This document shows, piece by piece, positions 56,018-64,000 of a stretch of 64,000 nt of DNA. Made by a program: the position numbers and the translations under genes. Origin of the DNA: Oscillospiraceae bacterium (lineage in GTDB: Bacteria; Bacillota; Clostridia; Oscillospirales; Ruminococcaceae); NCBI GenBank assembly GCA_029067895.1, contig JAIEDQ010000058.1, forward strand, positions 1,545-65,544. The letters run 5' to 3'. Every line of letters starts with the position of its first letter. The stretch's first letter is position 1. Below the pieces are notes generated by a model that ran no database searches, was not told the DNA's origin, and saw only the letters and a program-made list of their open reading frames with translations.

Positions 56018-59000
56018 TTACAGAGTTGTTGGGGTGGGGATATGCTCGGACGAGCTTTCGTTCTTAACGATCTGAATGTTATTGTAAACGTCCATGCCCG
56101 TACCTGCGGGAATGAGCTTACCGATAATAACGTTCTCCTTAAGACCCTGCAAGTAGTCGCTCTTGCCCTTGATGGCAGCGTCGGTAAGTGCGCGGGTGGT
56201 CTCCTGGAACGAAGCCGCCGACAGGAAGCTGTCCGAATTGGAGGACGCCTTTGTAATACCCTGAAGCACGGGGATCGTTGTCGCGAAGCTGAGACCCTCT
56301 TCGCCGTTGTCCATTCTGCGCTTGATCTCGGCATTGATAGCGTCGATGTCTCTCTTGTCCACCAGCGAACCGGGAAGCATATAGCTTGAACCGCTGTCGT
56401 CCACCTTGACCTTGCGGAGCATCTGACGGACGATAACCTCGATGTGCTTGTCGTTGATGTCAACACCCTGTAAGCGGTAAACCTTCTGAACTTCGGTGAT
56501 GATGTAGTTCTGAACAGCCTGCTGACCGTTTACCGCAAGAATGTCGCCCGGATTGATAGAACCCTCAGTAAGCGGAGTACCCGCCTCAACGGTGTCGCCC
56601 TCATGAACTCTTATCTTGTAGCCGTAAGGAACGGGATAGTATTCGTCTGTACCCGCCTCGTCGGTGATGATAACATTGCGTATCTTCTTGATCTCCTCCA
56701 TGCGGACAGTACCGCTTATTCTCGCGATTATAGCCGCATTCTTGGGACGTCTACTCTCGAAAAGCTCCTCAACACGGGGAAGACCCTGCGTGATATCCTC
56801 CGCGGAAGCGATACCGCCCGTGTGGAACGTTCTCATTGTAAGCTGTGTACCCGGCTCACCGATAGACTGCGCGGCGATTACGCCGACAGCTTCACCTACG
56901 GCAACAAGGTTTCCGTTGGCAAGGTTAGCGCCGTAGCACTTAGCGCATACGCCGTGCTTAGCCTTACAGTTGAGGACAGAGCGAATGGTGATCTTTTCAA
57001 CGCCGCTGTCAACCACCTTCTGAGCGTCCGCTTCGTTCATGAGCTTGTTGCGGCTCATGATAAGGTCGCCCGTTTCGGGATCGCGGAGATCCTCCATAAG
57101 GTAGCGTCCGAGAAGTCTTTCTTTAAGCGGCTCGATCATTTCGTTGCCGTTTCTGATGGTGTAGACCTCAATACCCTCGTCCGTGCCGCAGTCCTCCTCG
57201 CGGATAATTACCTCCTGGGAAACGTCAACAAGACGTCTGGTAAGGTAACCCGAGTCGGCTGTACGCAGAGCGGTGTCGGCAAGACCCTTTCTCGCACCAC
57301 GGGAGGAAATGAAGTACTCCAGAATGTTAAGTCCCTCACGGTAGTTGGCACGAATAGGCATCTCGATGGTCGAACCGGAAGTATTGGCGATAAGTCCGCG
57401 CATACCCGCAAGCTGACGCATCTGGTTGATACTGCCTCGCGCACCGGAGTCGGACATCATAAAGATGGGGTTGTACTTGTCAAGACCGTTTTTCAGAGCG
57501 GTAGTTACCTCGTCGGTAGCGCCGTTCCATATTTCGATAAAGCGCTTGGACTTTTCCGCAGCGGAAATAAATCCGCGCTTGAAGAGCTTGTTGATCTTAT
57601 CGACCTTTGCGTCCGCGGCAGCAAGAATATCCTTCTTGGCTTCTGGTATCTCAGCGTCGCATACCGCAACGGTAATAGCCGCTCTTGTGGAGAACTTGAA
57701 GCCCAGAGCCTTTACTCTGTCAAGCACCTCGGAGGTAGTGGTCGTTCCATGGATACGTATGCAGCGCTCGATAATGTCGGAAAGCTGACCCTTTTTAACA
57801 AGGAAGTCAACCTCAAGGTCAAACTGCTTGTCGGAGCTTGTTCTGTCAACATAGCCCAGATTTTGAGGAATGTTCTCGTTGAATATAATTCTGCCCACTG
57901 TGCAGTCGATAAGCTTGGAAACCGTTCTGCCGCCGATATCCTTTGATACTCTTACCTTGATGGGAGCATGGATTGATACCGCTCCGCTGCTGTATGCCAT
58001 AAGAGCCTCGTTTACGTCGCGGAAAACCTTTCCGCCGCCCTTTTCAAGATAGTTTCCGTTCTCGTCCTTTTCGTCCTTTTTCATTGTCAGATAGTAGGAA
58101 CCCAGAACCATATCCTGAGACGGAACAGCCACAGGACGTCCGTCGGAGGGTTTAAGCAGGTTGTTCGCCGCAAGCATAAGGAATCTTGCCTCCGCCTGCG
58201 CCTCCGCGGAAAGGGGAAGATGGACAGCCATCTGGTCTCCGTCGAAGTCGGCGTTGAACGCGGTACAAACCAGCGGGTGAAGCTTGATTGCCCTGCCCTC
58301 TACAAGGATAGGCTCGAACGCCTGGATACCCAGTCTGTGAAGCGTAGGGGCACGGTTAAGGAACACGGGGTGATCCTTGATTACATTTTCCAGAGCGTCC
58401 CAAACGTCGTTTTCCGCTCTGTCAACCTTTTTGCGGGCGGACTTGATATTGGTCGCCTTGCCTGTGTCAACAAGACGCTTCATAACGAAAGGCTTGAACA
58501 GCTCCAGAGCCATTTCCTTGGGGAGACCGCACTGGAACATTTTCAGCTCAGGACCTACAACGATAACGGAACGTCCCGAATAGTCGACACGCTTACCCAG
58601 CAGGTTCTGACGGAAACGTCCCTGCTTACCTTTAAGCATATCGGAGAGGGATTTCAGCGCACGGTTGTTAGGACCCGTAACAGGTCTGCCGTGTCTGCCG
58701 TTGTCGATAAGAGCGTCAACAGCTTCCTGGAGCATTCTCTTTTCGTTTCTTATAATGATGTCGGGAGCTTCAAGCTCCAGCATCTTTTTAAGACGGTTGT
58801 TTCTGTTGATAACACGTCTGTAAAGGTCGTTAAGGTCGGAGGTAGCATATCTGCCGCCGTCCAGCATAACCATAGGTCTGATATCGGGAGGGATAACGGG
58901 AACAACGTCCAGCACCATCCATTCGGGCTTATTTCCCGAAAGACGGAAGGACTCCATGATTTCAAGTCTTTTCAGAAGCTTGATCTTTTTCTGTCCCGGA

Positions 59001-59935
59001 GGAAGCTCCGCAAGCTCTGCTTTAAGCTCGTCGGACGCCCACACAAGGTTGTTCACCCAGTTTTCCTTATCGGCGATCTCGTTGTACTCACCGCTTGCGT
59101 TTGCCGCTTCAATATTCTCAAAGAAACGCTTTTCGATATACTGAGAGCCTGTTTCAACGGTGATCTGGGGAAGCTTTGCCTCCTCGTTCTTTCTGTTGAT
59201 ATAGAGGACTTCCTCGGTGTACTTGGTTCTGGAGATAACGTCGCCAACAGCAAAATTCTCGTTCTCCGCATTGTCGGCTATCACATAGAGACGCTTAGCA
59301 AGGAAGTCCCTGATGTCGTCCTCGTCGATACCTGTAACCTTGGAGAATTCGTCCAGATGCTTCATGATATAGTTGTCATAACGGTCGGGGTTGTACTCGT
59401 CAAGCAGTTCCTTGATAGCCTCCGCGCCCATTTCGGCAACGAAATCGTCCTCGTACTTTTCGCGCATATCTGCGTACTCTTTTTCGGTAAGGAGCTGCTT
59501 CTTGACAAGCTCCGTATTGCCCGAATCCACAACGATATACTTTGTGAAGTACAGCACTTCCTCCAGACGCTTCTGGGAAACCTCGATCACCTGACCGATA
59601 CGGGAGGGAGTACCCTTGAAGTACCATATATGGGACACGGGAGCGGCAAGCTCAATATGACCCATACGCTCGCGGCGCACCTTGGCGCGAGTTACCTCAA
59701 CGCCGCAGCGGTCGCATATCTTGCCCTTAAAGCGTATCTTCTTGTACTTTCCGCAGTGACATTCCCAGTCCTTGGTTGGTCCGAAAATTCTTTCACAGAA
59801 AAGGCCGTCTCTTTCAGGCTTCTGGGTTCTGTAGTTAATGGTCTCGGGTCTTTCAACAACGCCGTGAGACCAGGCTCTGATTTGTTCGGGGGACGCCAGA
59901 CCGATTTTTATAGATTCAAAGGTATTGAATTCCAA
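56018..59935 (-). CDS. rpoC: DNA-directed RNA polymerase subunit beta-prime
   Basis: Zn finger [23 protein letters not shown], catalytic NADFDGD, plus the trigger loop and bridge helix. Start set at TTG ([12 protein letters not shown]) behind AAGGAGTG. The ORF-track extension to 60166 overlaps rpoB. Confidence 0.97.
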   Translation of the reverse strand: MEFNTFESIKIGLASPEQIRAWSHGVVERPETINYRTQKPERDGLFCERIFGPTKDWECHCGKYKKIRFKGKICDRCGVEVTRAKVRRERMGHIELAAPVSHIWYFKGTPSRIGQVIEVSQKRLEEVLYFTKYIVVDSGNTELVKKQLLTEKEYADMREKYEDDFVAEMGAEAIKELLDEYNPDRYDNYIMKHLDEFSKVTGIDEDDIRDFLAKRLYVIADNAENENFAVGDVISRTKYTEEVLYINRKNEEAKLPQITVETGSQYIEKRFFENIEAANASGEYNEIADKENWVNNLVWASDELKAELAELPPGQKKIKLLKRLEIMESFRLSGNKPEWMVLDVVPVIPPDIRPMVMLDGGRYATSDLNDLYRRVINRNNRLKKMLELEAPDIIIRNEKRMLQEAVDALIDNGRHGRPVTGPNNRALKSLSDMLKGKQGRFRQNLLGKRVDYSGRSVIVVGPELKMFQCGLPKEMALELFKPFVMKRLVDTGKATNIKSARKKVDRAENDVWDALENVIKDHPVFLNRAPTLHRLGIQAFEPILVEGRAIKLHPLVCTAFNADFDGDQMAVHLPLSAEAQAEARFLMLAANNLLKPSDGRPVAVPSQDMVLGSYYLTMKKDEKDENGNYLEKGGGKVFRDVNEALMAYSSGAVSIHAPIKVRVSKDIGGRTVSKLIDCTVGRIIFNENIPQNLGYVDRTSSDKQFDLEVDFLVKKGQLSDIIERCIRIHGTTTTSEVLDRVKALGFKFSTRAAITVAVCDAEIPEAKKDILAAADAKVDKINKLFKRGFISAAEKSKRFIEIWNGATDEVTTALKNGLDKYNPIFMMSDSGARGSINQMRQLAGMRGLIANTSGSTIEMPIRANYREGLNILEYFISSRGARKGLADTALRTADSGYLTRRLVDVSQEVIIREEDCGTDEGIEVYTIRNGNEMIEPLKERLLGRYLMEDLRDPETGDLIMSRNKLMNEADAQKVVDSGVEKITIRSVLNCKAKHGVCAKCYGANLANGNLVAVGEAVGVIAAQSIGEPGTQLTMRTFHTGGIASAEDITQGLPRVEELFESRRPKNAAIIARISGTVRMEEIKKIRNVIITDEAGTDEYYPVPYGYKIRVHEGDTVEAGTPLTEGSINPGDILAVNGQQAVQNYIITEVQKVYRLQGVDINDKHIEVIVRQMLRKVKVDDSGSSYMLPGSLVDKRDIDAINAEIKRRMDNGEEGLSFATTIPVLQGITKASSNSDSFLSAASFQETTRALTDAAIKGKSDYLQGLKENVIIGKLIPAGTGMDVYNNIQIVKNESSSEHIPTPTTL

Positions 59936-60032
59936 ATATAACACTCCTTTTTTAGAAGTAAAAGGCAGGGGGAGAGCAATCGGGAACAAATCCCGCGCTC
60001 TGCCGCAAACACAATGACTACCGGCGCTTCGC

Positions 60033-63000
60033 TCAGATAAGATCCTCGTCGCCGTCGTCGCCGAACGAGAAGTCGTCTCCGTCCTCGCCGTCCTCATCTT
60101 CGTCCTCGTCGTCAAAGTCGTCGTAATCGTCGTCGTCGATATCCTCAATGGAGAAGCCGCTGTCAAGGTCGCCGTCGGCGATCATGCTCTCGTCCATATC
60201 CTCTGCGTCCGAAACGGGCTGAGGAATGATATCGTCGTCGTCCTCAAAGGTCTGCTTAAGGTCGATCTCCTCGCCCAACTCGTCAAGGACTTTAACGTCC
60301 AGACACAGGGACTGAAGCTCCTTGATAAGAACCTTGAAGGATTCGGGGATACCCGGCTTGGGAACGTTCTGACCCTTGACGATAGCCTCGTAGGTCTTTA
60401 CGCGTCCCACGGTATCGTCCGACTTAACGGTAAGAATTTCCTGTAAAGTGTAAGCCGCGCCGTAAGCCTCCAGCGCCCAAACTTCCATCTCACCAAAACG
60501 CTGACCGCCGAACTGAGCCTTACCGCCCAGAGGCTGCTGAGTAACCAGCGAGTAAGGTCCAACCGAACGCGCGTGGATCTTATCGTCAACAAGGTGGTGG
60601 AGCTTGAGGTAGTACATATAGCCCACGGTAACGGGATTGTCGAATTTGTCGCCTGTTCTGCCGTCATAAAGAACGGTCTTGCCATCCTCGCGCATACCCG
60701 CTTCACTGAAGCAGGCGCGGATATCGTCCTCGTGCGCGCCGTCGAATACAGGGGTCATTATCTTCCAGCCCAGCTTCTTGGCAGCCATGCCCAGATGAAC
60801 TTCAAGCACCTGACCGATGTTCATACGTGACGGAACGCCCAGCGGGTTAAGAACGATGTCAAGAGGAGTGCCGTCGGGCAGGAAAGGCATATCCTCGGAT
60901 TTAAGGATACGGGAAACAACACCCTTGTTTCCGTGACGTCCCGCCATCTTATCGCCCACGGAAATTTTACGCTTCTGAGCGATATAGCATCTTACCAGCA
61001 TATTTACTCCGGGAGAAAGCTCCTCGGAATTTTCTCTTGTGAATATCTTAACGTCAACGATAACTCCCGCCTCGCCGTGAGGGACTTTAAGGGAATTGTC
61101 GCGGACTTCTCTTGCCTTTTCGCCGAAGATTGCGCGGAGCAGTCTTTCCTCTGCGGTAAGCTCGGTCTCGCCCTTGGGAGTTACCTTTCCTACCAGAATG
61201 TCGCCCGCTCTTACCTCTGCGCCTATGCGGATAATTCCGCGGTCGTCAAGGTCTTTGAGAGCGTCCTCGCCCACGTTGGGGATATCCCTTGTTATCTCCT
61301 CGGGACCCAGCTTAGTGTCGCGGGCTTCAATCTCGTATTCTTCTATATGAATGGAGGTGTAGATATCCTCGCGGACAACTCTCTCGTTAAGGAGAACGGC
61401 GTCCTCGTAGTTATAGCCCTCCCATGTCATAAAGCCGATGAGAGCGTTCTTGCCTATTGATATCTCGCCGTTGCAGGTAGCGGGACCGTCCGCCAGAACC
61501 TGACCCACATGAACTTCCTCGCCCTTGGAAACGATAGGACGCTGATTTACGCAGGTGCCCTGGTTGGAACGCTTGAACTTGATAAGCTTGTACGAATGTG
61601 TAGCTCCCGTACCCTCCTTGATTACGACTTCGTCTGCGGAAACCGCTTCAACAACGCCGTCATGCTTGGAGATAACGCACACGCCCGAGTCTACCGCGGA
61701 CTTGTACTCCATACCCGTGCCGACGATAGGGGCTTCGGTTTTAAGGAGAGGAACAGCCTGACGCTGCATGTTCGCGCCCATGAGCGCACGGTTCGCGTCA
61801 TCGTTTTCAAGGAACGGTATCATTGCAGTAGCAATGGACACAACCATTTTCGGGGAAACGTCCATGTAGTCGATACGCTCTCTCTCGCATTCAAGGATCT
61901 GATCGCGGTAACGGGCGTTTACTATGGGACGGGCAAATTTTCCGTCCTCAGTAAGAGGCTCGTTCGCCTGAGCTACGGTAAAGTTATCCTCAACGTCGGC
62001 GGTCATGTAGACAACCTCGTTTGTAACAACTCCCGTCTCCTTGTCAACTTTTCTGTAGGGAGCTTCAATAAAGCCGTACTCATTGATACGTGCAAAGGAA
62101 GCCAGATATGAGATCAGACCGATGTTAGGACCTTCAGGGGTCTCGATAGGACACATTCTTCCGTAGTGTGAATAGTGTACGTCACGAACCTCGAATCCCG
62201 CTCTGTCTCGTGACAGACCGCCCGGACCCAGCGCGGAAAGACGTCTCTTGTGAGTAAGCTCCGCAAGAGGGTTAGTCTGATCCATGAACTGCGACAGCGG
62301 AGACGATCCGAAAAATTCTTTTATAGCCGCCGTAATGGGACGGATATTTATAAGAGCCTGCGGTGTGATAACGTCCATATCCTGAGACTGGATATTCATT
62401 CTCTCGCGGATAACGCGCTCCATACGTGAGAAGCCGATCCTGAACTGGTTCTGGAGCAGCTCGCCTACAGAACGGATACGTCTGTTGCCCAGGTGGTCGA
62501 TATCGTCGACAATACCCACGCCCTCGCAAAGGTTGATAAAATAGCTTATAGTCGCATATATATCATCAAGGATAATGTGCTTTGGAACAAGCTCCTCGGC
62601 GCGTGCCTTTACCATTTCCTCCAGCTCCTCCTTGTCGGAAGCGCTTTCGAGAATTTCTTTCAGAACGCCGAAGCATACCTTTTCGTTGATACCGTACTTA
62701 GCGGGGTCGAAGTCCACATAGGGAGCCATGTCCACCATGCGGTTGCCTATAACCTTGACTTCTCTCTCCTCAACGCTGTGAGCGGTCTCGCCTGTGGGAG
62801 TGGTGTAGGTCTCCTTATGCTCAACTGTGAGCCATGCCTCGCCAACGCCTGCCTGCTCGATCTGGAGGGCCTTTTCGTAGGTAACAAGCTCTCCCTCGTC
62901 GGCAAGTATCTCGCCTGTAAGGGGGTCTGCAACGGGTCTGGACAGATAGTGTCCCGAAATTCTGGAGGCAATGCCCAGTTTTTTGTTGTATTTGTAGCGT

Positions 63001-63818
63001 CCGAAGCGTGCAAGATCGTATCTCTTGGCGTCGAAGAAAAGACCGTTAAGGTGATTCTCCGCGCTCTCCACCGTGGGAGGCTCGCCGGGACGGAGCTTTT
63101 TGTAGACCTCAAGGAGAGCTTCCTCGCGGTTCTTGGTGGTATCCTTCTGGAGGATAGTCTGGTTAAGCCTTTCGTCCGTACCGAAAAGCTCCTCTATCTC
63201 AACGTCCGTACCGCAGCCCAGCGAACGGATAAAGGTAGTCAGAGGGATCTTCCTGTTCTTGTCTATGCGGACATAAGCAACGTCGTTGGAATCCATTTCG
63301 TATTCAAGCCATGCGCCCCTGTTGGGTATGACTGTAGCCTTGAAGAGGTCCTTGCCGGTCTTATCCTTTTCAAAAGCGTAGTAAACGCCGGGGGAACGGA
63401 CGAGCTGAGAAACGATAACACGCTCCGCGCCGTTGATAACGAATGTGCCGCTGTCGGTCATAAGCGGGAAATCGCCCATGAATACTTCGTTTTCCTTAAC
63501 GACGCCTGTTTCCTTGTTCCAGAGCGTAGCCTTTACTCTCAGAGGAGCGGCGTAGGTAACGTCCCTCTCCTTGCACTCCGCAACGGAATATTTCGGTGTG
63601 TCGTCGATAGAGTAGTCCACAAAGTTCAGCACCAGATTGCCGTTATAGTCGGTAATAGCCGCAACGTCGCGGAAAACCTCTTTAAGTCCTTCCTCCAGAA
63701 ACCACTGGTAGGAATTTTTCTGCACCTCGATAAGGTTCGGCATTTCAAGAGCCTCATTGATCTTTCCGAAGCTCATGCGCGTAGTTTTACCGAGCTGCAC
63801 CGGCTTGACATTCACCAT
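60033..63818 (-). CDS. rpoB: DNA-directed RNA polymerase subunit beta
   Basis: Canonical beta blocks ([35 protein letters not shown]). RBS AAGGAGGGA. 1261 aa with an acidic C-terminal tail. Confidence 0.97.
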   Translation of the reverse strand: MVNVKPVQLGKTTRMSFGKINEALEMPNLIEVQKNSYQWFLEEGLKEVFRDVAAITDYNGNLVLNFVDYSIDDTPKYSVAECKERDVTYAAPLRVKATLWNKETGVVKENEVFMGDFPLMTDSGTFVINGAERVIVSQLVRSPGVYYAFEKDKTGKDLFKATVIPNRGAWLEYEMDSNDVAYVRIDKNRKIPLTTFIRSLGCGTDVEIEELFGTDERLNQTILQKDTTKNREEALLEVYKKLRPGEPPTVESAENHLNGLFFDAKRYDLARFGRYKYNKKLGIASRISGHYLSRPVADPLTGEILADEGELVTYEKALQIEQAGVGEAWLTVEHKETYTTPTGETAHSVEEREVKVIGNRMVDMAPYVDFDPAKYGINEKVCFGVLKEILESASDKEELEEMVKARAEELVPKHIILDDIYATISYFINLCEGVGIVDDIDHLGNRRIRSVGELLQNQFRIGFSRMERVIRERMNIQSQDMDVITPQALINIRPITAAIKEFFGSSPLSQFMDQTNPLAELTHKRRLSALGPGGLSRDRAGFEVRDVHYSHYGRMCPIETPEGPNIGLISYLASFARINEYGFIEAPYRKVDKETGVVTNEVVYMTADVEDNFTVAQANEPLTEDGKFARPIVNARYRDQILECERERIDYMDVSPKMVVSIATAMIPFLENDDANRALMGANMQRQAVPLLKTEAPIVGTGMEYKSAVDSGVCVISKHDGVVEAVSADEVVIKEGTGATHSYKLIKFKRSNQGTCVNQRPIVSKGEEVHVGQVLADGPATCNGEISIGKNALIGFMTWEGYNYEDAVLLNERVVREDIYTSIHIEEYEIEARDTKLGPEEITRDIPNVGEDALKDLDDRGIIRIGAEVRAGDILVGKVTPKGETELTAEERLLRAIFGEKAREVRDNSLKVPHGEAGVIVDVKIFTRENSEELSPGVNMLVRCYIAQKRKISVGDKMAGRHGNKGVVSRILKSEDMPFLPDGTPLDIVLNPLGVPSRMNIGQVLEVHLGMAAKKLGWKIMTPVFDGAHEDDIRACFSEAGMREDGKTVLYDGRTGDKFDNPVTVGYMYYLKLHHLVDDKIHARSVGPYSLVTQQPLGGKAQFGGQRFGEMEVWALEAYGAAYTLQEILTVKSDDTVGRVKTYEAIVKGQNVPKPGIPESFKVLIKELQSLCLDVKVLDELGEEIDLKQTFEDDDDIIPQPVSDAEDMDESMIADGDLDSGFSIEDIDDDDYDDFDDEDEDEDGEDGDDFSFGDDGDEDLI

Positions 63819-64000
63819 AGGCGGGTCCCTCCTTGTATTTTTGCGGGAATTTGTTTAGTCCGAAAATTTTTTTATCGGAACTGTTGCAATCTTAGCCGTA
63901 ATGTGTTATACTAATAAAAAAGTCGGGGAAATCTGTCAAAACGGCATAAGAATAGATTATGATACAGTATATTATTATAGAAATAAAAAAATCAACCACC

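Noticed and set aside
56603-59941. Long + strand ORFs (447 aa and 573 aa) antisense to rpoC, and a 473-aa ORF (62493..63914) antisense to rpoB
   Set aside because: They overlap unmistakable RNA polymerase genes, contain no recognisable motifs and have no RBS. They are typical antisense open frames in biased coding sequence.
59936-60166. N-terminal extension of the rpoC ORF ([17 protein letters not shown]...) given in the ORF track
   Set aside because: It overlaps the 3' end of rpoB and is low-complexity T/R-rich. The conserved beta-prime N-terminus ([19 protein letters not shown]) begins at a TTG with a good AAGGAGTG RBS at 59935.
60033-60245. 70-residue poly-acidic C-terminal tail of RpoB (EDDDDIIPQ...DDGDEDLI) as an unusual feature
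   Set aside because: As far as I recall, B. subtilis and other Firmicute beta subunits also end in an acidic tail, so this is probably a lineage-typical feature and not a novelty.

Overview
A 64-kb chromosomal segment from a spore-forming Firmicute, probably a carbohydrate-degrading Clostridia member (Oscillospiraceae/Ruminococcaceae-like). That placement is inferred from rny, spoVG, a T-box leader, LexA, the glycoside hydrolase content and about 50% GC. I see no rRNA, tRNA, CRISPR array, transposase, integrase or prophage.

Gene layout:
- Left end: a VanW-family gene behind a T-box leader, then rny and an O-antigen-ligase-like gene.
- Next: a small convergent-promoter locus that looks like a type I toxin-antitoxin pair, followed by a gene for a sortase-type surface protein.
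- 7.9-23.1 kb: an 11.5-kb sugar ABC importer locus with one giant CBM-bearing binding protein, two permease pairs and three accessory envelope proteins, but no ATPase. GH95 and GH130 genes follow it.
- 23-30 kb: a divergent CheX-like/Hpt signalling pair, a murC-lexA-CPBP protease-YfbR string, spoVG and a NUDIX gene.
- 30-42 kb: yfhO and a mixed housekeeping/accessory run ending in asnS, then genes for a nucleotidyltransferase, a radical SAM protein, a HEPN protein, an aldose epimerase and YfcE.
- 42-64 kb: a second surface protein, coaD-rsmD, a chemoreceptor (MCP), an orphan amino-acid-type binding protein, GH2, glgP, tatD and rpoB-rpoC.

Most interesting observations:
1. A T-box, possibly Cys- or Gly-specific, drives a VanW-family gene.
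2. An unannotated 31-codon hydrophobic ORF has a sequestered SD, a convergent antisense promoter and a shared terminator, with a degenerate second copy beside it.
3. A CheX-like protein carries four exactly phased MshEN-type (c-di-GMP-binding) 24-aa motifs.
4. The composite ABC locus includes NHL, Yip1 and DUF5696-like accessory genes.
5. Helically phased direct repeats sit upstream of the surface-protein promoters.
6. A roughly 75-bp dispersed hairpin repeat occurs three times.

All family assignments come from reading the translations and recalling motifs. No database search was run.
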